The notes below the pieces were generated by a model, which did not search any database, was not told the DNA's origin, and saw only the letters and a program-made list of their open reading frames with translations. A stretch of DNA of 64,000 nt from Antedon mediterranea (lineage: Eukaryota > Animalia > Echinodermata). Numbering within the stretch: position 1 is the stretch's first letter; every line of letters begins with the position of its first letter. The translations under genes were made by a program, and so were the position numbers. Positions 12,201 through 25,219 of this stretch are shown in pieces. The stretch is from NCBI RefSeq assembly GCF_964355755.1, contig NC_092676.1, forward strand, positions 26,182,871 through 26,246,870, given 5' to 3'.

Positions 12201-15200
12201 CATTTGAAAGAATGTGCTACCCGATAATCCGTAGGCTATAGAATAATGTACAGTACAATTATATCCATTTGATTGTGCTACCTAATGTGCTATCTATTTG
12301 AAATAATGTGCTACCCGATAATCCTTATAGAATAATGTACAGTACTATATCCATTTGATTGTGCTACCCAATGTGCTATCCATTTGAAATAATGTGCTAT
12401 CCATTTGAAATAATGTGCTATTTGAAAGAATGTGCTACCCGATAATCCGTATAGAATAATGTACAGTACAATTACATCCATTTGATTGTGCTACCTAATG
12501 TGCTATCCATTTGAAATAATGTGCTATCCATTTGAAATAATGTGCTATCCATTTGAAAGAATGTGCTATCCATTTGAAATAATTTTCTATCCATTTGAAA
12601 GAATGTGCTACCCGATAATCCGTATAGAATAATGTACAGTAGGCCTACTATATCCATTTGACTGTGCTACCTTATGTGCTATCCATTTGAAATAATGTGC
12701 TATCCGATAATCCTTATAGAATAATGTACAGTACTATATCTATTTGATTGTGCTACCCAATGTGCTATCCATTTGAAATAATGTGCTATCCATTTTGAAA
12801 TAATGTGCTATCCATTTGAAAGAATGTGCTATCCATTTGAAATAGGCCTAATGTGCTATCCATTTGAAAGAATGTGCTACCCGATAATCATAGAATAATG
12901 TACAGTACTATATCCATTTGATTGTGCTACCTAATGTGCTATCCATTTGAAAGAATGTGCTATCCATTTGAAAGAATGTGCTATCCATTTGAAAGAATGT
13001 GCTACCCGATAATCCGTATAGAATGCACAGTACAGTTATATCATAGTTATATCCATTTGATTGAACTATCTATTGTGCTATCCGTTTGAACTAATGTGCT
13101 GTCTGTTTGAAATAATTCAGGTTTTTTTTTTTAATATGTTTTGCTATCCATTTTAAACGTGCTAAACAAGTTACATATTTGTTGATATAAATTTGCGGTA
13201 CACCACGTAGGCCTATATTAGTTCTGAAAAGAACTGTTGAGTTGCTTGACGTTTCGATTTAGGCCTACTCCAAAGTCAAAGTCTCCAAAGCTATTCCATC
13301 ATGTCGTATTCGGGGAATCGCCCACAAGTGTTTTCTCAGAGAAGGGTATGTTCTGTATGGGGTTCTGTATGCTATTTGTTAATAATGTACAAAAAATGAA
13401 ATGAAAAATCATATTAATTATCGGTATGTACGGAGGAAGCTCGAACAAGACGAAGCGCGAAACAAATAAAAGCGCAGCGCGAAACATCTGAAATGATATA
13501 CAATTTCTCAAAACATGAAAACACAGAATATATTATATTAATATAACTTTTTAATATTTCCAAAGGCTCGGACAAGGAAGAAGGGCCATAAAAAACTGAA
13601 TTGCTATATGTTAGACCACATTTCCATAACTTTTCAAAACTCATCGAACCCTCTGCTAGTAGGCCTAATTAATATAGGAGCGTATCGCCAAATCATTAGA
13701 GAAAAAAAAACATGGCATGAAGATTTAATTAATCAAACAACGGCCAAAGAATACCAACAATTTTAATTTTGGTTTCGATTCGTAATTACTAATGTGGTGG
13801 ACTAAGCCTAGTTTGAAACTATAGTGACCATTTATTTTAGAAAGAAAGATAGACAAATTTGTTTCCATCTCCATGTTATTGTTAATACCAAGGCACTTTT
13901 CAATTAAAAATTCTGGCCTAGTACAGTCAACTCTCCCAATACCGGACTCTCTGAAAACCAGAAACTCTCCCAATACCAGACTTTTTTTGAGGACCAAAAG
14001 GTCCCAAATTTAATTTTACCATTAAAAACACATTCCGAATACCAGACTTTCCGGAAAACCAGACTTATTTGGCCGGCCCAAAGGTGTCCGGTATTGGGAG
14101 AGTTGACTGTATTCTTGCAAGGTCGTCACAGCTCCAGTTACAAAGGTCGTCACAGCTCCAGTTACAAATGTGTAGTAGGATAGTCCTTGAAACCGTCCGT
14201 AAAACACATTAATCACTCACATCAGTCATGCCGCTAATGGTTGAAAACCTCACTTTTTGGGGTTTTCAAACGTAACGCTATCCGGGGCTCCTGCGCCTAA
14301 TGATTAATTAACTATACTTGCGGGCAAGATAAAAGAAAAGTGTCAAAACATTATTAATCTCAATCTAATATGTAATTTTTCTGCTGTTGAGATTGTTTGT
14401 GGTTTTGTATTACAGTATAATGTTTTTTTAGTCTGCATATAATAAGATTGTTAAATTTTATATATCAATGTTTTATGCTTGAAATTTTATATCAATTTTT
14501 TTATATTTGTAATCAACTCACAATTCTTTTTTAAGCCATAATAATCAATATTGATATTGTACCATGTTATAAACCCAAGTTACCTGCCTTCAATTAATTT
14601 TTAAACCCGACAATTTGACTTGATACCTTTCTTAACCTTGTAATTACTGTACTCCTGAAATTACATTTCTGATCACTATCATACTATTTTAGTTTTATTG
14701 TGTTTTTGCAATAAACCCTAAATCAGACTTAATCTGCGTCAGATATTATACAAATAATGAATGTTTATGAGTGCAATGGTACAAATAATGGCACGAGGTG
14801 AATGATGAAAGGTTATATCAACGAGGCAAAGCCGAGTTGATATAACCTTTCATCATTCACCAAGTGCCATTATTTGTACCATTACACGAATACAAAACAT
14901 TCATTATTTGTTTTATATAACATCTAAATAACAAACAAAAATGTTTCAAAAAGTACTATTTAACGATCGTTGAATAGTGCGTACTATTGCACGCCATGTG
15001 ACCCACATTCGTCCAATCAAATGACAGGAATTTATATAGGTGTTATATAAAATCAATTAACACAGCTTAACTCTATAGATACATAATATTGATTGAGCAA
15101 ACAAAATTGTTCATATTATAATAGGTCAGGTAGATTTAAGATATTTTTAGTCAATCAATCAATCAGATTATAGCGCCGGTATCCATAAAAATAATGGTCA

Positions 15201-18200
15201 AAGGCGCGACAACAGGAAATGCTTCTGCGTGTGTGTGGGTTTTCAGTCGTATTTTGAAGGTGTTGACCTTTTCTGATGTCTTTATGTCTATTGGTAGTCA
15301 GTATATGAACATTTTTAAACGCTTTAAATTTTTCATCAACCAAATTAACTCCCAAATAACATTAAAACACACTTCCATGACCCTTTTTTTAAAATATGAA
15401 CTTTGATTAATATACTGTATGCATTTACAGTCAATAGAGGTCTATCTTTTGTATACAGTAGTTAGTCAACTGTCTGTATTTCTGTGTACTTTCATTGTAA
15501 TCTGTAAACTTGGCACAAAACAAATAAAACAAAAAAAAAGTATAATTTGTTCAAGGGACAAACAATTGTTCATCATTTTTCCTCATACACAATCCATTGA
15601 AAGAATTCTAACTAACCTGATGAGCCAGTTCATGTGAGACAACAGCGCACACACGTTGCTTGTTATATGCCGAGGAAACGCCAGGCAGGTACAGCAGTGT
15701 CGTCTCCCTGTATGTGATTAACCCCCAGTTTTCCATAGCCCCTGCTGCAAAATCTGGAATCGCAATCATGTCTAAATAAAGACAACCCACAGATTAAACT
15801 ACACTTAAACAATAACAGTGTTCTTAATACAGGAAAACACAACAATTGACACTCAAAGACTAATGTTCTGTTACAGTGTTTTCTAAATGTCATTGGTATA
15901 TAATATTGATAATATATTGTTTGGATGGTGAAATCAATATGTTGATATAAAGTTTGCGCGGTACCACAAAATAAATATACATGGTGTACTGCTTTATATC
16001 AACAATATTGATATGCTATAACTATTTTTCTTGTATTTATGTTCAGATATGGGACACATACCGGTATCTCAAAACCTGACATATTTCCTGCCCGTCATTT
16101 GCATAAAGACTTTTAGATACTGTGATCAATTTCCCTAAATTCCTCTCAACTATATATATGCAAATTTGATTAATATGATTGATGTACTGTATATATAAAA
16201 AGGTTGCAGAAAATATCAAACATGGCACCAAAGCCATTTGATACAATTAATGCAATGTAATTTCATAAGTCTGATAACTTTGTCTAATACTCAATTTAGC
16301 TCATCAGCAGGTTGTACGTTGCCGATTACAAATTTTAATACATAATTACATTATCTTATCTGAATTATCGTGTCACATTTGATAAACATATCTATACATT
16401 TGATCTAACTTTGATATACTATTGTAAATGTTTCATTAAATATAGATAACTATATACTTCAAAATAACCATACAGTATAATGACAGACGGACACTAATAA
16501 GGAGACTCTCCCAGATTTCTTCTTCTTAATCACATAATATATATCATCTTCATTATAAACCAGCTGGACATTTTACAAATCTTCCCAAACATGATAGGCT
16601 TACAAGAAGGGAAAAAAAATAGAAAAAGCCATCAAGATTTTCCCAAAATGATTAGGCATACAAAAATGAAAACATCAATCAACAGATCTACCTTGTTGTT
16701 TTATCATGCTAATTACTCTCTTATTTACATACAACCAGTCCTATTGGTATATAAGTACTCTAGGCGTTGTTTTCTGTTCTTCTGATGATCAGAACAGTTT
16801 CTCGAAACATGTCACATTTTAAGGCAGTTTGCCTATTCATTAAATGCCCCGCTATTGTTATTTTTACTCGTAAGTTAGGTGGAATCATTCATAATTTATC
16901 TACCTAGACAGTTGGCATAAGTTTTTGTTAACAACCATAATACTACTGTATATTGGTATATTTGAAAAGGGAGTTGATTTTTGTTTGAATTGTACCTTGA
17001 TAAGAATCTCAGGGGGTCCTAATCATATATACTTTTATTTGGTAAGTATTTGCAAATATTTTAGTAGCTAACAGATTACTGTAGGCTTATTCTGGTTTGG
17101 TCAAAGGTTGGTTTTGAAGAGTTATAAGAGCTGTCAGCTAGTTATTAGAAATGGCTTTTGTCTGATTAAGCTTTGAAAAATTTATCTATGTACACTCTAC
17201 TCCCTTTCCCATCCATATGTTGTCCATCCACTATGTACATGATAGAAAAAATTAATGAGGTATTTGAACGTGAATTGATTGAATGGGGCTTTTGATTGAC
17301 AATGACCTAGGAACTAGAAGGGGAGCAGCTGATGTGTCTATTCACCGGTTAGCCTCTCCTCATTGACACTTTCTGTTTTTGTTCTTGTTTGTCTGCCTTG
17401 TTAAACTCAATAAATATAATAAATAGTTCAATAAAAGTTTTGGTGGATTATAGGTCTAGGTGACAACCAACAACCCAATATGTGTACATTGGCAATGCAG
17501 AGGCCAGGTTTAGGAACACTAAGTGGCCCCGTAACGCTGAAGGCCTCAGGCGTTTAGCCTTTTTAAACATATTTGAATGCCTGTTTTTTCCTCTGGACTC
17601 TGCTACGGGGCCCCCATAAGCTCCGGGGCCCCTGGGTTTAGCCAGTGAGCCCTCATAGCTGTTACACCAATGTATCGGTAGGTTGTAGGTCATGAAAATG
17701 AATACTAACCCATCTTTGGAAGTGGAAACTTTGTGCCAAAGTAGTCGTCATAAAAATCGAGGATATCAGCTCCTTTCTCCAACGCATAGTTCACTGAATC
17801 AATTGCATCTGGTCTAGCCCACACTCGTATCTTTGAGAAAAAAAAACATAAAAATCAAGTAATTTCCCCATCTATAACAGGTCAAAACAAAGTGTATCCA
17901 CCTGTACAGTTGGTAAGAGGTCATCTGACAAAACAAGTGGCTAAAATAACAGAGATTGTTCCTTTTTCTCACGAAAACCAGCTACATCACTGTAAAAGGG
18001 TTTATTTAACACTTCTTCTAAACATAAAAGCTGATTGATATTAACTATTTAACTTTATGTGACAACAAAATTAATGTGATGGGCCCAAATATTGGTATGA
18101 TGATGTCATATCACAGTATCATATTTGTGCATATCACTACCTTATTTAGGCATATCACACTTTTTTGTCAAAATAGTTTGATAGTGTAGACAGAGCCTTA

Positions 18201-20833
18201 AGAGGGTCCCAAAATTTCAATCTTGGTTTTCATCAATTGTTACTCTAAAGTAAAGATGCAATGTACTTTACTTCATTTCTTGAAGAATTCAGCATTATTT
18301 TCCCATTTTTAAAAATAATTTATTGTCAGGTGTTTTTTAAAACACTTACCAATACGTTATTAGTAGTATTCTTTTCCTTCTTTTCAAAATCACAGACTAC
18401 ATAACAGACAAGATAGGTAGACATCGGCACACTCGTTTGAAAATGAGAAACTAGCCATCCAGATCCGTAATCCACAACCGGCGACGAAAGCGGCATGTTA
18501 GAAATAGCAACAAGGGAGTCTCTATGCTCTAGGCTAATCGTGAATGCCGCTTTCATGTCAGGTTCGTCAAAGCATGGAAATGCCATACGTGCATATGTTG
18601 GTGCGAAGAATGTTAAGGAGAGCCACCTGCAAAAGTATATAGGAGTTTTATTTTCTTTTCCATTTTTTGTTTTTCATCAATGATCCAACCATTTTTGTTT
18701 GTATACAAACAGTACATTGAATTTAAATGCAATACTGAAAAAAAATTACAATGCTGTTGGTATCAGTGACTGGATCTCAATGGAGATACAAACAAGCAAA
18801 AAGCTAAATCGATAAAGTAAAACAGCCAGAAAGAGAATGGCAAGCTTTTAGAAAACACTATTCCTTTTTTGTTAATGTATTCTTTAAATAAAATTACTCT
18901 AATTTGCCACTATAAATCAAATTTCTATGTTGTATTTTTTTACACTTCAGGAGAAATCAATCATTTATAGGCTTACTTTAGTTTTTTCAAATAAAATTCT
19001 GTCACTAATAGACTATGTAATATTGACAAATAATATATATAATTCAGAATAAATTAGCATGTGCTGTTTATCTGCACTATAATCTCTTTATATTAATTGA
19101 ATAGGAACATGCCAGCAGGCAGGTAAACATTAACTTGATAGTGAAAAATATTTGTTCAATAGATATCTGATATGACAGAATCAAATGAAAAGTATCACCT
19201 GCCCCTATAATACTTTAGACTTTTATATGGCACTATAATGACATTGTGCTTTCTCATAGTTTTCACAGCATTAATTGAATAGTCATGCTACTATACTTCC
19301 AAAACTTTATTATTGAACCCCTTTTATAATACCAAGGGGTACATAAAGTGCTTACATTCATTCATTGATAAAGCAACATTTCTTTTACAGTCAACTCTTC
19401 CAATACTCTCTAAAAACCAGAAAATCACCGAAAACCAAACTTTCCTTAAGAACCAAAAGATCCCAAATTTATTTTTACCATTAAAAACACATTTCTGAAT
19501 ACCTGGAAAACCAGACCTATTTGACAAGTCCAATGATGTCTGTCTAGTATTGGGAGAGTTAGCATTTGTTTTTACCTTTTTTCTTGTTGACTAGTTGTGT
19601 ATGAACTTCTATAATACCCATTCAGTGAATCTGTCAAGTTACCGTTGAAAGACAACGTTAAGTTATACTCTCGGCCAACCATCATGTTATCAGTTAACTC
19701 AACCAGTAAATACTCGTTAACTGGGTAAAATCGAAGATCAACAATTTTAAGCACATTCCCACCATTAGATTCAATTACAATCGCAGTATTTCTATCAATC
19801 GCCAACTGTTTACTGTGCAACAAAATATAGTTTGTTTTACTTTCGCACGTAAAAGTTATCGTAACGGACCCTTCAAAAATAAAGTTTACCAAGTCTGTTC
19901 GCACATGTAAGTCATAGTGCGACGGAATTAAATCCCGCGGAAGACGATAATAATTCCAAATTGCGTCATCTTTTTGTTGCGTTGATCCTTGTGGTGACGT
20001 TGTTTTCTCGTTTGGCTGAGTGGCTGGGTTGGTTGCAAATATTGGTTCATTGTTTCTGGAAAATACAATTCATAAATAATATTTTTTAAAGATTAGGAGA
20101 TACAAAAGTATAAATTTATTCTGTACATCGCATATATTCAACGATTTATTTCTTTTAAACTGAAATACACTTCCACTATAAATGCACTGATTTCCAAAGT
20201 TGTTCAGTAACTATACAACATTTAAAATAATAACAAAATTATAATAATTAAAACACCATAAAAAATATGGTGTAAATTTATGAGGTATTACATTTAAATC
20301 TATTTAATTAAACTAATTTCACAATCAATCATTGTGTTATTATTTAATGAATTTACGTAAAGCCAAAACTAGAGTAACAAAAGCGGATTTATTTTGGTCT
20401 TGTCATATTTTTATTGTAAGTTTTTATATTATATTATTAGAGTGACAATAAAGCATTTACAAAGATTAGTTCTGCATATATACTTCCTAAAGTTAAGATT
20501 TGAAACTTGCGTTGCTGAGACAATATTATGAAATTTTGATTGACGTGATTTGGTAGAGAATTCCATAATTTTATCTATAATCTTTCATCTTATAAATGAA
20601 TGTTTGGGGTGATTTGAAAGCCTTAAGTGTTAAGCTTACAATAGCGTTAAGACTTTTGTAAGCATCTACAGTACTTACCCTATATCATCACAGTTCTTTG
20701 GTAATAATCCACACAGCAATCCTACAAATAGTATTAAACATCCACATGCAACACAGGCACAGATAGCAGTTCTGTAACTCACAAATACCACACTCTTCTT
20801 CTCACCACTCACTTTTGTCTCTAGATGTTCCAT
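220..20833 (-). CDS. ANPEP: M1-family zinc aminopeptidase (aminopeptidase N-like), type II membrane protein; 3' end lies beyond the left edge of the window
   Basis: GT-AG exons in continuous frame: 20833-20679 (MEHLETK..., TM segment [22 protein letters not shown]), 20055-19576 ([14 protein letters not shown]), 18626-18350 ([11 protein letters not shown]), 17830-17710 (FPLPKM), 15771-15617 (GAMENWG, HELAHQ), 5544-5431 ([14 protein letters not shown]), 4886-4752 (FDTISYNK), 4088-4023, 3605-3540, 3280-3096 (WIDQMGFP), 2742-2648, 1720-1587 (YYRVNYD), 1033-830, 296-220. The family is secure; orthology to ANPEP rather than another M1 paralog is not. Confidence 0.93.
7172..10559 (+). CDS. Nested antisense gene: tandem TIR-TIR protein with C-terminal Asp/His/Cys-rich repeat tail (~588 aa)
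   Basis: Exons 7172-7259, 8039-8434, 8972-9376 and 9682-10559 have canonical AG/GT sites and all join in phase 1 with no stop (1767 nt). A possible further upstream exon lies at 6817-6889. The gene sits wholly inside aminopeptidase intron 5545-15616. Confidence 0.75.
7684..7726. other. Short CATGGAG...CTCCATG palindrome with 7-bp TSD (probable P-element excision footprint)
   Basis: ATTTGCC|CATGGAGGTATAAAAATA...TATTTTTATACCTCCATG|ATTTGCC, inserted in a MITE copy whose sister copies lack it. Confidence 0.7.
8039..8434 (+). CDS. TIR domain exon 1 of the nested gene
   Basis: [23 protein letters not shown]...KCLSRRD...[18 protein letters not shown]...PEF...LIPVK...[10 protein letters not shown]...FCQKLIATL. 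Matches TIR box 1 (YD.F), the RD of box 2, and MyD88-like IEKRCRRMVVV, LIPIK and FW.RLAKAL segments. Confidence 0.75.
8972..9376 (+). CDS. TIR domain exon 2 of the nested gene (duplicate of exon 8039-8434)
   Basis: [23 protein letters not shown]...KCLSRKDW...[18 protein letters not shown]...CCPEL...LIPVK...IPLFLKPL...FCNKL. Clearly paralogous to the previous exon; both are phase 1-1. Confidence 0.75.
9864..10538 (+). repeat. Coding minisatellite, 15 x 45 bp, encoding ([15 protein letters not shown])n
   Basis: Unit GATTTTGATAATCAAGACCACTTTGATGATAATCAAGGCCATTGT, built from related 21- and 24-bp subunits; the central copies are identical. Confidence 0.97.
11778..13155. repeat. Tandem satellite array with higher-order structure
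   Basis: A 21-bp subunit TGTGCTATCCATTTGAAAGAA occurs in variable copy number, alternating with a longer TGTGCTACCCGATAATCCGTATAGAATAATGTACAGTACTATATCCATTTGAT block; the basic unit is about 84 bp. Confidence 0.95.
13924..14109. mobile_element. Tc1/mariner (Tigger-like) MITE nested in the larger TIR element
   Basis: TA-CAGTCAACTCTCCCAATACCGGAC ... GTCCGGTATTGGGAGAGTTGACTG-TA. A degenerate second copy lies at about 19388-19561. Confidence 0.8.
14751..15050. mobile_element. Foldback element: ~160-bp hairpin followed by a segment bounded by TTATATAACATCTA/TAGGTGTTATATAA inverted repeats
   Basis: Arms 14751-14827 and 14831-14910 around a central AAA loop; second inverted repeat at 14913 and 15037-15050. 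Reminiscent of non-autonomous Crypton-like repeats of marine invertebrates (unverified). Confidence 0.65.
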
Positions 20834-23800
20834 TATCTGTCAAGAGAAAGAAAAACCAAATTACACAATATAAAATGGTTAAATTATATATAAATATAAA
20901 AAATGATTGATAAGAGAAATACAAAATGGTTTAATTTATACATAATAAAAAGTTATTTGATAACTTGTGAAATAAATTGAAATTGCAATTGATTTACTGC
21001 AGTATAATATTCTTACAATTATTTCAGTTTCCTCCTTTATCAAGGCCACAAGTACGGTTGCATGGTAAGGTTTCAACCTGACCACGTCTTTTAGAGAGGC
21101 CTTTGACAACTTTTCTTGCAGCAACCGCACCACTTTATTTCTTGTGGCTATCACTATTTATAATGGCTAAAATCCTACAAAATCTCTATATATTTTCTGG
21201 TCAGTGGAAACATTGTCTCAGAACATTGATATTTGCAGAAAGATACTGTGCTAAGGTTTGTAGTTTCAAAGAACTTGTCTCCTAAATGCTGCTATAAATC
21301 AGCCCTATTTTCTGAATGTTGTGTTTATAGGCTACATAGAAGATAATGTTTGAAACAGATCTAATAATTCTTTGGTTACAAGTGAAAAAAATTAAAACAT
21401 GATGAATGATATGATGTTTATGGGTTTACATTTTAGAGAAAAAAATAAAATTCAAAATTTTGATTTACTTAAAATACAAACTATATAAATTTATAATGCT
21501 TGTAGTATTGACCCAATTATCATGACCACAGTTATTCCATACATTCATTCCATGTGGAAAACTTTTAAAGTTGGGAACACATGACGGAAGCAAAGATGGA
21601 GTAGATAAGACATGAGAATGAAATTATTAGTCAATCTGCTGTGAGTCAATCTGTCAGAGTCAGTCCTTCTGTGTGGGTATGTATAACAATATAATTATAT
21701 AATAGCTATTTCAGAAGATAATTATGTACCCTGACTCAATAATATTTGCTGTTACAATTTAAAAAATCAATGGCGTTTCATTTGGTTGTCACAAATGATG
21801 TATTCTCCAAAATTCACAGGGCAGACAATTAGTTGAATAGGTACCTGTATGAGTGAAATATTATATTTTAGGAATAGGGATGAAAAAATGTGCAAACCTG
21901 TTAGTTAGCAGAGTGTATGGTACTGTAACAGAAAGCAATAACCAAAAAAATAAGAAATAACACAGAACCATAAAAGGGTGGGTGGTAAAGTAGGCCAAGC
22001 TGTATGCGCATTGTAGTTAGGAAATGAAAGCTAGAGCCTTGAGGGAGTTTGTCCATACACGCAAGTTCATACACCTAGCCTAACCAAATTCAGCGTATTC
22101 TTATCTGATGACTATGTAATTAATGTTTACCAAAGATATGGTCATTTGGGTATACGTTGTAAATACGTTTCAGATGATTGTATGTCGGCAATATTTATTG
22201 AACTTGTAAGAAACTGTGTCAGAAGGTATGCAGCAAAATATTTCAAATTTAAAGCGCAGACAAAAGGTAGAGGTAAAGTGCATAATGGGAATCAGGGGGT
22301 GATTGAGATTCTGAGAGTGGAGTGGGACACTTATTAGTCTACTTCTTCCCATAAGCCCCAGGTCAGAAAATATGCGAAATAAGTAAATAAATAGCTAATC
22401 AAAACAAGTTGTAAACTGAAAAGTTTCAAAAACCCATATTTGTTCATTTGAAGAAGATTGAAGGATTTTGATTTGAAGTAACTTATTTAACCTACCCCAA
22501 ACCCTTATACCAGTTGTTTTGTAAATCTAACCTAGACACAAATTCAATCAATTATTACAATAAACACAGATTTAAATCTTAAAAACACTTTCTCAAGCTT
22601 CTTAAAAGTTTTATTATGATAGTCTATTTGGTCTTGTGTATGTCAATAAAAACTACAGTTTTTCAATTCAGTAATTTGCATTGGTTTAGATTTTCTTTTC
22701 TTCTGGTTCTAATTGATGGCAATTTAAACTGTCTTCAACACCCCTTTCTCAATAGTAACTTTAATAATTGATTTAAACTTCCTTAAAAAAATGTTTTTTT
22801 GTTAATAATAATAAATTCAAAATGCACTTTAAAAAAAAAAGTGGCAGGCAGCACAGTAAACATTTTCTATCTGCATGTTTGAATGAGCATCTAGTATAAC
22901 ATTTTTCTACATCTGCATGGTAATAAAATGAATTAAATGCATGGGCTAACTGTACAAATAGCTTCATACGTTTGAATGTAATTTTTACATATTTTTTGGG
23001 ATTTAGTATATGTTTCACTTAAATCGGTCCTTGACTTTTTAAAACTTAAATATGATTGTACTATACAGTTGACACCAGCAGCCGATATATAGATGTAACA
23101 AATACCTAGTTCACAGTATGTGGGAAGACAAGTTGGTAAGAAGATAAATCTTCTGGGTCTATGACCTTTTATTTTCGTTTTTTTGTTAGCTTATTCACTT
23201 GCTATAATATGATGGGTAATGGAAAATGAATATAATAGGTAAACCTATACAGCTGAGAAAATAATTTAGGACCTGACATACTTTGTAGCGTTGATTTCAG
23301 GCTTATGATCTGATTTGAATGTTGCATTTATATTAAGAAAGACTTTCCGGTTTTGGGGGTTGGATAGAGAAAGAGCAGATGGGCTTATATTCAAGAAAAT
23401 TACAGTTAAAAATGAGCTATTGTACACATACAGTAAGATGGGCTTATATTCAAGTACAGTATTTTGTGCAACTAGGCTAATCTGATGGGAGTTGAGTTTT
23501 ACAAAGACATTTTAATATGGCCTACATTATTTTTGGCAATTTCTCAGAGCTAATAACAGCAATTGGTGTTAATTGTAAATCTGTCATCGATGAGAAGTCT
23601 GAGGAAACAGTAATTGTTATCGGAAAAACAAACATCGACAATAAAATTACTTTTCACCAACACCTTGCCTGACGCATTGCAACTGAACTTTTATGTAGAT
23701 GCTAATTTAAATGCCTAAAGCATAAATAACAAATTTTATTATTGAATTTATGATATTTTAAAATAGTTATTCACCAGTCAATGTTAATTATATTATGTAC

Positions 23801-24985
23801 ATTTACGTTATATCACAGCTGTGTGAGAAGTATACATCTGCTCTGTTTGTTTTGTTCTATTTATTTATATTTCATTTGAATATGATTTTAATTCATTAGG
23901 AAAAGATTTTCCAGGATAGCCCACAAAGATTAAAGCTTATTTCTGTTGGAATCCTTTTTACAGTATAACCTGCTGTATATATATATATAATCTAAAAATT
24001 ACAAAGTATTGCATTAATACATATACTGTAGTAAATAAAACAAAAAACTAAATGTATATACTGTAAATAACATGTTAATTTAAAATAACTATGACTTGTT
24101 CTTCTTTGGTACTGAACTGTGTACTTATAATTACTCTTGTTTTCAAGTTAAAAATAAATGGAATAGGCCTATAATTAGAATATTATTAAAATTTATTGAT
24201 ATGATATATAATAAGTAAGTAATTAAATGGACAAAAAGCGATGTTTAATATTCATATAACAAAGGTTTTTTTTCTTTGGGCCATTTGGCAATTCACTGTA
24301 TACAATCACAGTTCATACATAAATTGAAAAAAATAAATATTTTTCTAAATTTATCTCTATTTGAACATTTGTTTCTCATTCTAAATAAACTCATAGAAAC
24401 TGTACAAAGTTCATATAAAAGAAAATTAAACTGTAAAAATTAATACATTTCATTTATCAAAACGTGAATTCAACTGTTTCAATTTGATACAATTACATTA
24501 AATACAACTAAGTACCATTTATACAATCTGTCAGTAATAAATACTTTATCTATTTATCAGTTTAAACAATAAATTTAAAAATTACTGAAATGCAATAGAT
24601 TCTGAGACATACTAGTGAAAAAATAAAAATAATCAATAATATTTTACAGTGTAAAATAAAGAAAACAACAAAATAACCAATAATAATAAAAAATTTGCTT
24701 GACTGAAAATATTATTAATCTTTTTTCTAAGTCTGTGGATTAGTTTTGGACTTACTTCTATTTAATATTAAAGCTATGTTGGTGTTTGCCAAACAAACAG
24801 ATCAAGTCAGTAGGCTGTAATAATATCAATATTGTGTGGGAACTAATGAAAGAGATGTAACCTAAAAATGGGCGAATCAAATTATTGTTCAAATATTTGC
24901 TTTGTAATAATAGCCAGGCAATAGGCCTACATTATAATATAAGCTAAATGTTTCTAAATTTTAATTTATCAATCAATTAATTAAC

Positions 24986-25010
24986 CATGGAGTAAATTCT
25001 TTACTCCATG
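24986..25010. other. Short CATGGAG palindrome with 7-bp TSD (probable P-element footprint)
   Basis: AATTAAC|CATGGAGTAAATTCTTTACTCCATG|AATTAAC. Confidence 0.65.
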
Positions 25011-25219
25011 AATTAACTGACAAATAAATAAATAAGAATTTACCAAATTGCTTACGACATTTTTAAGGTGCATTTTAAAATCAGTGGTCCCAAAATAAAA
25101 CACATTGACAATGGTGGCCTCCCTCCCTACCTTGCTGGATAGGGCCAAAACAAGGGCATGTATGGTGGTGGTACAGGTCGAAACGAAAGAAAGGCATGGC
25201 GAGGCCTAGGTGGTTGGCC

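Larger units (their letters stand above)
10750..14297. mobile_element. Non-autonomous DNA transposon (~3.55 kb) with terminal inverted repeats and an internal satellite
   Basis: GGCACAGGAGCCCCGGATAGCGTTACG at the left end and CGTAACGCTATCCGGGGCTCCTGCGCC at the right end (one mismatch). Flanked by TA on both sides, within a CATTAATG site. No transposase ORF seen. Confidence 0.8.

Noticed and set aside
9864-13155. Tandem arrays considered as possible CRISPR arrays
   Set aside because: There are no unique spacers and no cas genes, and the context is a eukaryotic intron; these are mini/satellites.
20990-21285. Coding-like minus-strand stretch upstream of the aminopeptidase (IATRNKVVRLLQEKLSK...)
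   Set aside because: It has in-frame stops upstream and no recognisable family; it may be a decayed fragment or UTR.
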